Assembly: GCA_031409655.1 (NCBI GenBank)
Contig: JANNXQ010000004.1
Location: 1-36,067, forward strand
Direction: 5' to 3'
Length of the DNA stretch: 36,067 nucleotides
Source: Chthoniobacteraceae bacterium
GTDB lineage: Bacteria; Verrucomicrobiota; Verrucomicrobiia; Chthoniobacterales; Chthoniobacteraceae
Position numbers and translations under genes: made by a program. This document shows positions 9,802 to 18,922 of the stretch, piece by piece. Each line of letters starts with the position of its first letter. Positions within the stretch are counted from its first letter, which is position 1. The notes under the pieces are model-generated. The model ran no database searches. It was given only the letters and a program-made list of their open reading frames with translations, and had not been told where the DNA came from.

Positions 9802-11097
9802 TTACTTCGGCTCCTCGCGGTAGGGCTTCTTCTCCTTGAAGAGGGCGATCCGCGCCGTCATCTCGGCGCGCACGGTCTCGGTCTCCTCCGCGGAGAGCTT
9901 CACGGCTTCCTCCTGCCACTTTACGGCCTGATCAAAGTCGCCCTTTTCCGCATAGGCGGCTGCCAAGGTGTCCACGTAGCCCCCGTTTTTGAACTTCGTG
10001 AGCTTGCAGGCTTTCGTTGCGAGATCCACGGCGCGGGGGCCATCGCGCATCCCGTCTTTGGGAGTGGTCGCGAGCAGCCAGGCAAAATCATTGTGCGGCT
10101 GCGCTTGGGTTGGGTGGCGCTTCACGGTCTCGGCGTAGTCCGCGATCGCCTTGTCGAGCTGACCGGCCATGTAGTGGGTGGCGGCGCGCCCGAGCAGCGC
10201 CCGGAGATCGCCGGGATCCTGAGCGAGGGCGGCGGTGAAGTCGGCCGCGGATTCGTCCCACTGCTTCTGCTGGCGGCGCAGTTCCGCCCGGCCCAGGAGC
10301 GCGGCGCTGTCCTTGGCATCGAGGCCGAGCGCAGCGTTGAAGTCCGCGAGCGCTTTCTCCGTGTCCTCAAGCGCGGCATAGGCGTAGCCGCGTTGCGCAA
10401 GCGGTCGGGATTCCTTCGGCACGAGCGTGATCACTTTGGTGTAGTCCGCGATGGCTTCCTTATATTTTCCCTGCAAATAGTAGGCGCCGGCGCGCCCCGT
10501 GAGACTCACCGGATCCTTCGGATCGAGATCCACGGCCGCATCGTAGTCCTCAAAGGCCTTGGCAAATTCCTGCCGATACATCCGCACCTGAGCGCGGGCG
10601 CTGAGGGCCGCGGCATTCCGCGGGTTCACCACGATCGCCGCATCGAGATCGCCGAGCGCCGCGGCCTGGTCGCCCCGTTCCCCGAAGATGAGCCCCCGGC
10701 AGAAGAGCGCCCACGGGTCGGACGGCTCGAGACGGAGGGCGGTGTTGAAGTCGGCGAGCGCTTCGTCGAGTTCCCGGCGCTTCTGCCGGACAAAGCCGCG
10801 ATGCGCGAAAGCTTGCGCATTTGTGGGATCGAGGCGCACGGCTTCGGTGAGATCGGCGAGCGCCTTTTCGTATTCGTTGCGCTCCGCGAGCAGTCGGCCC
10901 CGCCAGAAGTACGGCGCCGCCTGATCTGGCTTGGCTTTGATGGCGGCGTTGAGCGCTTCGAGCGCGGCCTCGGCATCGTTGCGCCGTAAGGCGGCCTCGG
11001 CTTCGGCCAGGGGATCGCGCTTCAGGGCCTTGATGGCGGCGGGTGCGGAGAGCGGCAGGAGCAGGCCGACGAGGAGGAGCGCAAAGGGAGGCTTCAT
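9802..11097 (-). CDS. Secreted tetratricopeptide repeat protein
   Basis: Signal peptide MKPPFALLLVGLLLPLSAPAA; many 34-aa TPRs (RG...A.AD...A..LDP); C-terminal NDFAWLLAT..RDG..AV..A.KAC..DTLAAAYAE.GDF module. Start placed at ATG 11097. Confidence 0.9.
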   Translation of the reverse strand: MKPPFALLLVGLLLPLSAPAAIKALKRDPLAEAEAALRRNDAEAALEALNAAIKAKPDQAAPYFWRGRLLAERNEYEKALADLTEAVRLDPTNAQAFAHRGFVRQKRRELDEALADFNTALRLEPSDPWALFCRGLIFGERGDQAAALGDLDAAIVVNPRNAAALSARAQVRMYRQEFAKAFEDYDAAVDLDPKDPVSLTGRAGAYYLQGKYKEAIADYTKVITLVPKESRPLAQRGYAYAALEDTEKALADFNAALGLDAKDSAALLGRAELRRQQKQWDESAADFTAALAQDPGDLRALLGRAATHYMAGQLDKAIADYAETVKRHPTQAQPHNDFAWLLATTPKDGMRDGPRAVDLATKACKLTKFKNGGYVDTLAAAYAEKGDFDQAVKWQEEAVKLSAEETETVRAEMTARIALFKEKKPYREEPK

Positions 11098-11261
11098 GTC
11101 AGGAATGAAACGCCGACGCTCGTACGGGGGGAGAGGGAGGTCAAGACCGTTGCGGCGATTCATTCGCGGCCACCCGCTTTACGGGAATTTCGGAGACCGG
11201 CAGAGGAATTTCTAACGCTTCGTCCAGGCGGGGGTCTTATTAGGCGTTCCGGGGGGAACAC

Positions 11262-11305
11262 GCGGGGCCGGGCGACCATTCGGTCACCGGTCCCGCAATT
11301 TTTTT
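11262..11305 (+). terminator. Intrinsic-terminator-like hairpin with T-tract, with no annotated + strand gene upstream
   Basis: GCGGGGCCGG-GC-GACC attc GGTC-A-CCGGTCCCGC (14 pairs including one G-U) followed by AATTTTTTT. Confidence 0.45.
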
Positions 11306-11488
11306 GGGAGAAAGGGGAACGGCCTCGACATTCGTCCCGATGGACAGTATGGAAATTATGCGCATGAGCCGCGACCTCCTCGTTTAATCCTGTGAACTGG
11401 CTATCCAGAGCGAGGAATTCCCCCCTTCGTCGTCGGCATCTCCTGCGCCGACGGCCAGACCGGCGGCCGGTGGCGTAGTCACAGTCGC

Positions 11489-13024
11489 ATGAGACGCGCG
11501 TCCCTTTTTCCCGCACTTTTCCTCCTGATCTTCTCCTCCGGGCACGCTCCGGCGCAGAATACGACAGTCATCGGCGTCACCCAGTTGCGGCTGGCGGAGC
11601 CGGCGCTCATCGGGACGGGCGTCAGCGTCGCCCAGCCAGAAGCGGCGATTGGAAATTCCTGGCAAGTGAGCCCCGCCGCCACCGGTCAGCCGACGAGTCT
11701 TTTCATCTACCAGACCAGCGCGGGGACGGCGACCACCTTCCCAAACGCCGTGGGCGCTGAGTCCGGACATGCGAATGGCGTCGGGGATCTCTTTTTCGGA
11801 AAGACGAATGTCGCCACTCCCGAGGGCGTCGCTCCCGGAGTGGCCAAGGTCTATGCCTACGATGCGAACTTTTTCTATGGGAGCCGGATCGCCACGCTGA
11901 CGTCGATCAGCGCGCGGGTGGTCAATCAGAGTTTTGTCTATGGCGTTCAGGACACGACCGTGGACCAGCGGTACGATCTTTATGCCGCGACTTTCAATAC
12001 GATCTTCGTTTCAGGAGTAGGGAACGGCGGGGCCACCAATTCTCCGGCGACGTCCTTTAATAACATCGGTGTCGGCGCGTATGGCGGCGCATCCAGCGTG
12101 GGGCCGACGACCGATGGCCGGTGCAAGCCCGACATCACCGCACCGGCCGGCGCCACGAGCTTTTCCACACCGCTCGTCGCCGGCGTGGCCACCCTACTCG
12201 TGCAAGCGGCGCTCCGCGGGGATGGCGGCACGGCTACGGTGGACGCGGCCGATCTGCGGACCATCAAGGCGCTGCTCCTGAATGGCACCAACAAACCCAG
12301 CGACTGGCGCCATACCGCGACCGCGCCGCTGGACCCGCGCTACGGAGCGGGCGTGGTGAATGTCCTCCGCTCCTACGATCAGCTCAAAGGCGGAAAGCAC
12401 GCACCGGGCGGCACCTTCACCACCGCGGCCTCCCTGTGCGGCTGGGCGAAGACCGCGATCACCGGCAATCCCCAAGCCGTCCACAGCTACACCTTCACCC
12501 TCAGCCCCAGCCTCGGCTCCCACTACGAAGTCTCCGCGACGCTCGTCTGGAATCGGAACGCGAACGAAACTGCGATCAAGAATCTCGACCTCGCCCTCTA
12601 CGACACCGCGACCGGCGCGCCCGTGCTCGACGGCCTCAGCTCCAGCGTGGTGGATAACGTGGAGCACCTCTGGCGGCTGGCCTTGCCCCCGGGCACTTAC
12701 CAACTGCGGGTGATCAAGAATGCGACGAGCGGATTACTCCTGCCGGATGAAACGTACGCGCTCGCCTTTCGCTTCACGCCGCAGTCCCCGCCCGGCGTGC
12801 GCATCACGAAATTTCCGGCCGGTGCCGATCCGCAGGTGGCTTTTGTGGCGCCGGGCGGATTCGGCTACCGCGTCGAGGCAAAATACGCCGCCGACGACGC
12901 CGTCACTCCCTGGAACCTCGTGGCCAGCGGCACCACGCACGCGAGCGGCACCACCGTCGTCTCGGACCCCGCGACGCTCGGGCAGCAGGGGCGCTTCTAC
13001 CGCGTCGTGATCATCTATCCTTAG
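11489..13024 (+). CDS. Secreted S8 (subtilisin-like) serine peptidase with C-terminal beta domains
   Basis: Signal peptide; GTGVSVAQPEA, GHANGVG, oxyanion GVGN, DGRCKPDITAP, GATSFSTPLVAG, IKALLLNG, YGAGVVN; C-terminus ends GRFYRVVIIYP. Confidence 0.88.
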   Translation: MRRASLFPALFLLIFSSGHAPAQNTTVIGVTQLRLAEPALIGTGVSVAQPEAAIGNSWQVSPAATGQPTSLFIYQTSAGTATTFPNAVGAESGHANGVGDLFFGKTNVATPEGVAPGVAKVYAYDANFFYGSRIATLTSISARVVNQSFVYGVQDTTVDQRYDLYAATFNTIFVSGVGNGGATNSPATSFNNIGVGAYGGASSVGPTTDGRCKPDITAPAGATSFSTPLVAGVATLLVQAALRGDGGTATVDAADLRTIKALLLNGTNKPSDWRHTATAPLDPRYGAGVVNVLRSYDQLKGGKHAPGGTFTTAASLCGWAKTAITGNPQAVHSYTFTLSPSLGSHYEVSATLVWNRNANETAIKNLDLALYDTATGAPVLDGLSSSVVDNVEHLWRLALPPGTYQLRVIKNATSGLLLPDETYALAFRFTPQSPPGVRITKFPAGADPQVAFVAPGGFGYRVEAKYAADDAVTPWNLVASGTTHASGTTVVSDPATLGQQGRFYRVVIIYP

Positions 13025-13079
13025 CGACGGCTTCTCTCCAGCCACGCATCGAGATTTGGGAAAATGCGGCAGGATCATC

Positions 13080-13207
13080 GTTTGGAGTTTGAAGTTTGGC
13101 GTTTGAAGTTTGGAGTTTAGCCCGCCGCAGGCGCGTTCGCGTCGGATGACGGGTGAACAATCCCGAGGCCGCTGCGCGGGGCTAAACTCCAAACTCCAAA
13201 CGCCAAA
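13080..13207. repeat. Heptamer-armed inverted-repeat element, copy 1
   Basis: GTTTGGA GTTTGAA GTTTGGC GTTTGAA GTTTGGA GTTTAG, then a 61-bp core (13121-13181), then CTAAAC TCCAAAC TCCAAAC GCCAAA. Lies between convergent genes. Confidence 0.9.
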
Positions 13208-13254
13208 GGAGCCAGAGCCGTTGCCCCAGACTTTTTCGACGCCCTCTGAGAGTG

Positions 13255-14352
13255 TCAGACAAAGGCCTCGGCCACCGCGTCGGCCATGAGCTTCCCGCGC
13301 CGCGTGAGCACCGCGCGCTCCGCGTGATCTTCGATGAACCCAAGCTCACGGATCTGCTGCAACTCCGCCGGCCAGCGCCCGAGGTCGTACAGGGAAACTC
13401 CTTCGCTGGTCCGCATTCCGAAGGCCGCTTTCTCCCCAGCGCGCGTCTGCTCGGAGAGGTTTTCCTCAAAGGCCGACGTGGCTTCCCCGGCCAGCACCCG
13501 CCGGGTGTATTCCACCGTGTCCGGGATCGCCTGCCAGCGGCGCAGGCCCACGGTGGAAAAGGCGCTCGGGCCGAAGCCGAGGTAGTCCGCACCGCGCCAG
13601 TAGGCGAGATTGTGCCGGGATTCGGAGCCGGGGCGCGCGTAGTTTGAGATCTCGTAATGGGCGAAGCCGGCGCCGGTCAGCGTGTCCATGGTGTGCTCGA
13701 AAAGATCCGCGTCCGCGTCCGCATCCTGCCGAAAGACGCCGCCCGTGAGTTTGCGGAAGTACTCCGTGTCCTCCTCGTAAGTGAGTCCGTAGCAGGAGAT
13801 GTGTTGCGGCCCGAGCGCGATGGTCTGCGCGAGCGTCGCCTGCCATTGCGCGGGCGTCTGCCCCGGCACGCCGAACATGAGATCGATATTCAAGTTATCA
13901 TGCCCCGCTGCGCGCAAAGTGGCGAACGTGGCCTCCGCCTGCGCCGCCGTGTGCGTGCGGCCGAGCGTTGTGAGCAACCCATCGTCCCACGATTGCACGC
14001 CGAGGCTCAGCCGCGTGATCCCGAGTTCGCGGAGCAGCCGCGCCTTGTCCTCGCGGATCGTCGCGGGGTTCGCTTCCAGATCCCATTCTTCGAGCGCGGA
14101 AAGATCGAGCCGCGCGCGCAGCCCGCCGAGTAAGTACTCGAGCTGCTCGCCAGTCAGCGCGCTCGGCGTGCCGCCGCCAAAGTAGATCGTGCGCGGCCGC
14201 AGCGTGCCGTTTTCCGCCGCCCGCTCCACGTCCCGGAGCAGCGCATCGAGGAAGGCTGTCGTCTTATTCTTCGACCCCACCTCCACGTAGAAACTGCAGT
14301 AAGGGCAGAGCTTCGGGCAAAAGGGGATGTGGAAGTAGAGATGCTCGATCAA
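13255..14352 (-). CDS. hemW: Radical SAM heme chaperone HemW (HemN-like)
   Basis: LYFHIPFCPKLCPYCSF (CxxxCxxC), TIYFGGGTPS, EANP, RLSLGVQS, NIDLMFG.PGQ, YEISNYA and HNLAYW. Confidence 0.92.
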   Translation of the reverse strand: MIEHLYFHIPFCPKLCPYCSFYVEVGSKNKTTAFLDALLRDVERAAENGTLRPRTIYFGGGTPSALTGEQLEYLLGGLRARLDLSALEEWDLEANPATIREDKARLLRELGITRLSLGVQSWDDGLLTTLGRTHTAAQAEATFATLRAAGHDNLNIDLMFGVPGQTPAQWQATLAQTIALGPQHISCYGLTYEEDTEYFRKLTGGVFRQDADADADLFEHTMDTLTGAGFAHYEISNYARPGSESRHNLAYWRGADYLGFGPSAFSTVGLRRWQAIPDTVEYTRRVLAGEATSAFEENLSEQTRAGEKAAFGMRTSEGVSLYDLGRWPAELQQIRELGFIEDHAERAVLTRRGKLMADAVAEAFV

Positions 14353-14357
14353 CGGGG

Positions 14358-14564
14358 CTATTGAAAAAGGGCACGATCCAAGCCCGACTGCTTGATGATG
14401 GAAATGATCGTCCCGACGGGGATTTCTCGACGATCCGCGGGGACGATGAACGTCCGGGCACTGGAGTTGCGAAACTTTTGGTGGCTCCCTCGCTGGCTCA
14501 CGAAGACAAAGCCGTACTCCGCAAGCAGGCGCACCACTTCGCGCGAGCTTAGCCTCTTAGGCAT
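14358..14564 (-). CDS. hicA: HicA-family toxin (mRNA interferase)
   Basis: 68 aa; REVVRLL..YGF...QRGSH.KF with the catalytic GSH; EIPVGT..SII.Q.G. Overlaps the hicB end by 8 nt. Confidence 0.9.
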   Translation of the reverse strand: MPKRLSSREVVRLLAEYGFVFVSQRGSHQKFRNSSARTFIVPADRREIPVGTIISIIKQSGLDRALFQ

Positions 14565-14766
14565 GCACTTCCGCCTCGCCGACCTGCACCTCTTCGACGG
14601 CCTGCCATGAATCGGCGGGCGCGTCCTCGAAGTACAGTTCCACCGCTTCCTTCAGATTCCCGATGGCTTCCTCGACCGTCGATCCGAAGCTCGAAACTTC
14701 CACATTCAGGCATTGCGCCACGTAGTGTGGGGCTTCTTTGTGGATGCAATACTTGATCGTGCGCAT
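14557..14766 (-). CDS. hicB: Short HicB-family antitoxin
   Basis: 69 aa; YVAQC...VSSFGSTVEEAIGNLKEAVELYFE, a HicB partial RNase H fold; no C-terminal DNA-binding domain. Confidence 0.88.
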   Translation of the reverse strand: MRTIKYCIHKEAPHYVAQCLNVEVSSFGSTVEEAIGNLKEAVELYFEDAPADSWQAVEEVQVGEAEVHA

Positions 14767-14806
14767 GGCGGGAGGGTCGTGCGGAAAGGCCCGCGGAGCA
14801 AGCCGC

Positions 14807-16459
14807 TCAGTGCGCCGTCGCCTTCTCCGCGCCGAGGCCCGTTTCCGCGCGCACCGCGAGTTCGTCGAATTTCGCTTCCGCCTCTGGTTCGTGACTGCAC
14901 AGCGTGCCGAGCACCGCGGCTAGGAAACCGAGCGGGATGCTCACGATCCCCGGATTCTTCAGCGGGAACCAGGGCGTCCCAGTGATCAGCGCTTTCCCCG
15001 CAGGGTCCATGACGCTCGGGCTGATCAGGATGAGCACGATGGAACTGATGAGCCCCACGGCCAGCCCGCAGCAGGCCCCCATCGTATTAAAGCGGCGCCA
15101 GAAGACCGAGAGGATGATCACCGGCAGATTTGCACTCGCCGCCACGGCAAAGGCCAGGCCGACGAGGAAGGCGACATTCAGCGCGCGCAGTTCGATCGCG
15201 AGGAAGATCGAGACCGCCCCGACCACGAAGGCCGTGATCCGCGCGATGCGCACCTCCTGGCCGGGCCGTTGCTCGCGGCCATGGTGCAGCACATTTGTGT
15301 AGAAATCGTGGGCAAAGCTCGTGCTCGCGCTCATCGTGAGGCCGGCGACCACCGCGAGGATGGTGGCAAAGGCGACCGCGCTGATGAAGGCGAAGAACCA
15401 ATCGCCGCCGAGCACATGGGCGAGGATCGGCGCGACCATGTTGCCATCGGGCATATTCTTCGCATCGAGCGGGATCGCATCCATCGGCAGCGGGGTGGAG
15501 ATTGGCAGGCCAGCGGCGGTCAGCGGATACTTCAGGAGCGTGGCCGCGCCGAAGCCGAAGAACGTGGTGAGAATGTAGAACACGCCAATGATCGCCGTGG
15601 CCCAGACCACCGAGACGCGCGCCGTCTTCGCATCCGGCACGGTGTAAAAGCGCACCAGGATGTGCGGCAGCCCCGCCGTGCCGAGCACCAGCCCGAGGGC
15701 CAGCGAGAGGAAGTCCCACGCGCCCCACGGATTCTTTTCCGTCGCGCCATAGGCCATGCCAGGATCGAGCAGATTCACCGGCGCTTTCGTCCCGGCATAG
15801 TCCGCCACGGACACGGCATTGAAGAACTCTACGAGGCTGTAGTTGTGTCTGCTCAGCACCATCCAGCTCAGCGCAAAGGCACCACCCATGAGCAGGATCG
15901 CCTTGATGATCTGCACCCACGTCGTCGCCAGCATTCCACCAAAGACCACATAGACGAGCATCAGCACGCCTACGCCGATCACCGCTGGCACAAAGTCCAC
16001 GCCGATCAGCACCTTGATGATGCCCCCCGCGCCCACCATCTGCGCGATCATGTAGAAAGTGGAGACCGTGAGCGTGCTCAGCGACGCGAGCGCGCGCACG
16101 GGCCGCGGCTTCAGCCGATAGGCGAGCAGATCCGCCATGGTGTACTTACCCGCATTCCGCAGCGGCTCCGCGACGAGGAAGAGGACGGTCAGATAAGCCA
16201 CCAGGAACCCCACCGAGTACATAAAGCCATCGTAACCTTTCAGACAGATGATCCCCGAGATCCCGAGAAAGCTCGCCGCGCTCATGTAATCACCCGCCAC
16301 CGCCAGCCCATTCTGCCAGCCCTTAATACTGCGCCCCGCCGCGAAGTAAGCCGCCGAGCCCGTGGCCTTGCGCGCAGAAAAGTAAGTAATGACTAGCGTC
16401 AATCCGACAAACGCGAGAAACATGCCCAGAGCGGGCGTGAAGGTAATGGAGGCAAGCAT
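14807..16459 (-). CDS. actP: Cation/acetate symporter ActP-like (sodium:solute symporter family)
   Basis: NGLAVAGDYMSAASFLG, EPLRNAGKYT, GGMLATTWVQIIKA, GTAGLPHILVRFYTVP, AVAFATILAVVAGL, AFAVAASAN. Start placed at ATG 16459 because the upstream extension is translated repeat DNA. Substrate inferred from family. Confidence 0.9.
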   Translation of the reverse strand: MLASITFTPALGMFLAFVGLTLVITYFSARKATGSAAYFAAGRSIKGWQNGLAVAGDYMSAASFLGISGIICLKGYDGFMYSVGFLVAYLTVLFLVAEPLRNAGKYTMADLLAYRLKPRPVRALASLSTLTVSTFYMIAQMVGAGGIIKVLIGVDFVPAVIGVGVLMLVYVVFGGMLATTWVQIIKAILLMGGAFALSWMVLSRHNYSLVEFFNAVSVADYAGTKAPVNLLDPGMAYGATEKNPWGAWDFLSLALGLVLGTAGLPHILVRFYTVPDAKTARVSVVWATAIIGVFYILTTFFGFGAATLLKYPLTAAGLPISTPLPMDAIPLDAKNMPDGNMVAPILAHVLGGDWFFAFISAVAFATILAVVAGLTMSASTSFAHDFYTNVLHHGREQRPGQEVRIARITAFVVGAVSIFLAIELRALNVAFLVGLAFAVAASANLPVIILSVFWRRFNTMGACCGLAVGLISSIVLILISPSVMDPAGKALITGTPWFPLKNPGIVSIPLGFLAAVLGTLCSHEPEAEAKFDELAVRAETGLGAEKATAH

Positions 16460-16467
16460 TGGGGAAA

Positions 16468-16615
16468 GGGAATGGTGACTGGTGATTAGTGAATGGTGGT
16501 GGGGAGCTTGCGATCTACGGATCACCAGTCACTGGTGAATAGAGTGAATCGTGATTAGTGACTGGTGGATGGTGGTGAGGCTGGTTCTATCTACTTATCA
16601 CCAGTCACTATTCAC
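16468..16615. repeat. Second heptamer repeat family (GTGA(A/C/T)T(G/A)), two direct arrays each followed by an inverted ATCACCAGTCACT
   Basis: GGGAATG GTGACTG GTGATTA GTGAATG GTG ... ATCACCAGTCACT ... GTGAATC GTGATTA GTGACTG GTGGATG ... ATCACCAGTCACTATTCAC. Confidence 0.8.
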
Positions 16616-16634
16616 AGGCGCGGCTTCGGTGGCT

Positions 16635-17054
16635 TCAGCGGCTGGGGAAACGGGCGAGCAGGGCGACATTCATCTCGTCCCAGCGCCGGGCCGCGCGGAC
16701 ATACATGGCGCAGAGCACCCAGGTCATCACGAATTGCGAGAGCGCGAAGAGGTAAGCCCAGTTCACCTTGCCCAGCACCGGCGTCTTCATCAGCGCTGGG
16801 AAAAATCCGACCAGCACCGGCAGCGTCATGTAATAGACGAAAAAGAAAATGGTCGCCGGGATGATGAAGCGTCGCTTCGCCGCCTTCAGCGCCGCAAAGG
16901 CTGGATCCCGCGCGATCGCGCCCCAATCGTAAGGATTGCTGTCCTCATCCGCCGTGCGTTCGTGCGCGGGTTTCCGACCGGATCGACCGAGCGGTGCGAC
17001 ATCGGTGGGCCCGCCGCTGAGAGGGGTGAAATCGGCATCGTCTGGGGCGCTCAT
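16635..17054 (-). CDS. DUF485 (YjcH-like) membrane protein, partner of ActP
   Basis: F.ALK.AKRRF, two hydrophobic helices, LGKVNWAY, QFVMTW...YVR.A..WD; directly upstream of actP as expected for the family. Confidence 0.88.
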   Translation of the reverse strand: MSAPDDADFTPLSGGPTDVAPLGRSGRKPAHERTADEDSNPYDWGAIARDPAFAALKAAKRRFIIPATIFFFVYYMTLPVLVGFFPALMKTPVLGKVNWAYLFALSQFVMTWVLCAMYVRAARRWDEMNVALLARFPSR

Positions 17055-17110
17055 GGGCGCGGAAGCTAGCGACCCGCCCGCCCCTGCCGCAAGACGGAAA
17101 GCCAGTTGGG

Positions 17111-17275
17111 GTTCAACGTTTGGAGTTTGGCGTCCGGACTTCGGAGTTCAGCGTTTGACGTTTGGAGTTTGGAGTTTAGCTGCGCACAGCACCTTGGGCT
17201 CTCAGGATCGCCTCCTCTGCTCCCACCGCGCCTGCGGCGGGCTAAACGCCAAACGCCAAACTTCAAACGCCACAC
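17111..17275. repeat. Heptamer-armed inverted-repeat element, copy 2 (core inverted relative to copy 1)
   Basis: About 10 GTTTGG(A/C)-like units (17111-17180), a 62-bp core, then GCTAAAC GCCAAAC GCCAAAC TTCAAAC GCCACAC. The reverse complement shares GTTTAGCCCGCCGCAGGCGCG exactly with copy 1. Confidence 0.9.
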
Positions 17276-17378
17276 TCCCGCCGCCCGCCCGGCTCCGGGA
17301 GAAAGATGAACATTGCCCGCCCCGCAGCGTCTCTAAGACACTCCCCACGGCCCCCACTTGATGCTACACTCTCCTCCC

Positions 17379-17852
17379 ATGTCCCGCCGCCACGGCTTCA
17401 CCCTCCTCGAGATCATCATCGCCCTCGTCATCGGGCTCATGCTGGTCACCCTGGCCGTGCCGGGCGTGCAGGGGCTGCTCCGCGAGCAGGATCTGAAGCG
17501 AACCTTCGAGAGCTTTGACGAACTCGTCCACCGCGCCCAGGTCCGCAGCGTCACCGAGGGGCGCGCCTTCCGCATCGTCTTCGATGAAACGGGTGCCACC
17601 CTCCAGGTGAGCGATAACCGCGAAGGCGACGAAGAAGCGGAAGACGAGCGCTACGCCTTGACCGATAAGGAAACCCTCACCATCGACCGCTTCGCCGCCC
17701 TGGTGAAAGAGCCCCTCGCCGAGTGGCCCTTCTGGCGCAGCGGCACCTGCGAGCCCGTGAAGATCTCCTACAGCGGCCCCGCCGGGAGCTGGCTCGTGCA
17801 GTACGATCCGCTCACCGTGCGCGGCACCTTCCTGGAGCAGAATGTGAAATGA
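17379..17852 (+). CDS. Prepilin-type minor pseudopilin, GspH-like
   Basis: MSRRHG|FTLLEIIIALVI class III signal; first of three coupled pilin-like genes. Confidence 0.8.
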   Translation: MSRRHGFTLLEIIIALVIGLMLVTLAVPGVQGLLREQDLKRTFESFDELVHRAQVRSVTEGRAFRIVFDETGATLQVSDNREGDEEAEDERYALTDKETLTIDRFAALVKEPLAEWPFWRSGTCEPVKISYSGPAGSWLVQYDPLTVRGTFLEQNVK

Positions 17853-18259
17853 ACGCGCGCTCCCACCCTGCGAGACCGCCCGGCTTCGTCCTCCTGGAAG
17901 TCATGCTCGCCGTCATGATCTTCTCCCTCGGCATCCTCTCCCTCGGCGCCTGCGTCAGCAATTGCCTCATGGCCGAGCGGCTCAAAGAGGAAGACGTGCG
18001 CGTCGGCCGGATGCTCGCCAATCGCATGGCCGAGATCGAGGCCCAGGCCATCCAGCTCGGCGACACCACCACCGAAGAGCTCAAAGGCATGTGCGAAGGC
18101 ATGACCCTCAAGACCACGCGCACCCTCGTGAAAAAGAAAAACGAGAAGGGCCAGGACATCACCAATCTTTTCCTCATCAATCTCACCCTCAGTTGGCAGA
18201 GCGACGGCCAGCCCCAATCCCGCGAACTCCTGTTTTATGTCCACCCGAAGCGCCGCTAA
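17849..18259 (+). CDS. Prepilin-type minor pseudopilin, GspI-like
   Basis: PPG|FVLLEVMLAVMIF; ATGA overlap with the preceding stop at 17849-17852. Confidence 0.8.
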   Translation: MNARSHPARPPGFVLLEVMLAVMIFSLGILSLGACVSNCLMAERLKEEDVRVGRMLANRMAEIEAQAIQLGDTTTEELKGMCEGMTLKTTRTLVKKKNEKGQDITNLFLINLTLSWQSDGQPQSRELLFYVHPKRR

Positions 18260-18902
18260 TCGAGCCTTCACCCTGCTCGAGGTCATGATCGCCACGCTGA
18301 TCATCGCCCTCATGACCTTCGGCCTCTACCGCTTCATCACCTCCAATCTCCTCGCCCTCCAATACTCCACCGAGTTGCACGACGAACGCCAGTCCATGCA
18401 TGCCCTCATCAAATTCCTCCAAGTCCAGCTCAACGACCTCGCCCCCAAAAAAGTCGGCGTCCTGACCGGCGCCCCCTTCAAATTTCAAAACCTCTCCAGC
18501 GACGAGATGACCTGGATCTGCCCCGCCGGCCACGGCCTCCTCACCGACGCCGCCGAGGAGGAGTACAGAGTGACCCTCGCCCTCCTGCCCGACAAGGAAA
18601 CGAAAATCCTCGAACTCGGCCTCCGCCGCGAACCCGCCGGCGACGAAAACGACCAGCGCCTGAACGCCGACTTCTTCCAGCGCGGCTCCGGCCCGCAGAA
18701 GTACAATTGGCTGCCCCTCCTGAAAGGCGTCGCCGCCGTGAAGATCCGCTACTACGACCCCCGCCTGAACGCCGTCGTCGAGCGTTGGAACGACCTGAAC
18801 GCCCGCCCCTCGCTAGTCATGATCTCCATCTGGCGGAACGCCGACGACCTCCCCTACGAAGCCGTCCTCCCCGTCCTCGCCGCCAAGCTGCAGCCCCAAT
18901 AA
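18237..18902 (+). CDS. Prepilin-type minor pseudopilin, GspJ-like
   Basis: RA|FTLLEVMIA; GspJ-like C-terminus LL.GV..VKIRYYD....W....P..V.I. Confidence 0.8.
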   Translation: MSTRSAANRAFTLLEVMIATLIIALMTFGLYRFITSNLLALQYSTELHDERQSMHALIKFLQVQLNDLAPKKVGVLTGAPFKFQNLSSDEMTWICPAGHGLLTDAAEEEYRVTLALLPDKETKILELGLRREPAGDENDQRLNADFFQRGSGPQKYNWLPLLKGVAAVKIRYYDPRLNAVVERWNDLNARPSLVMISIWRNADDLPYEAVLPVLAAKLQPQ

Positions 18903-18922
18903 AGCCCCCCTGCCGCACCGCC

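Noticed and set aside
11400..11490. CTATCCAGAG...TCGGCATC...GGTGGC, faintly like a SAM-I riboswitch
   Set aside because: It lacks the GAGGGA kink-turn/pseudoknot and GCAACC core, and the downstream gene is unrelated to sulfur metabolism.
16460..16525. His-rich N-terminal extension of ActP in the ORF track
   Set aside because: It is the translation of the heptamer repeat; the transporter starts at ATG 16459.
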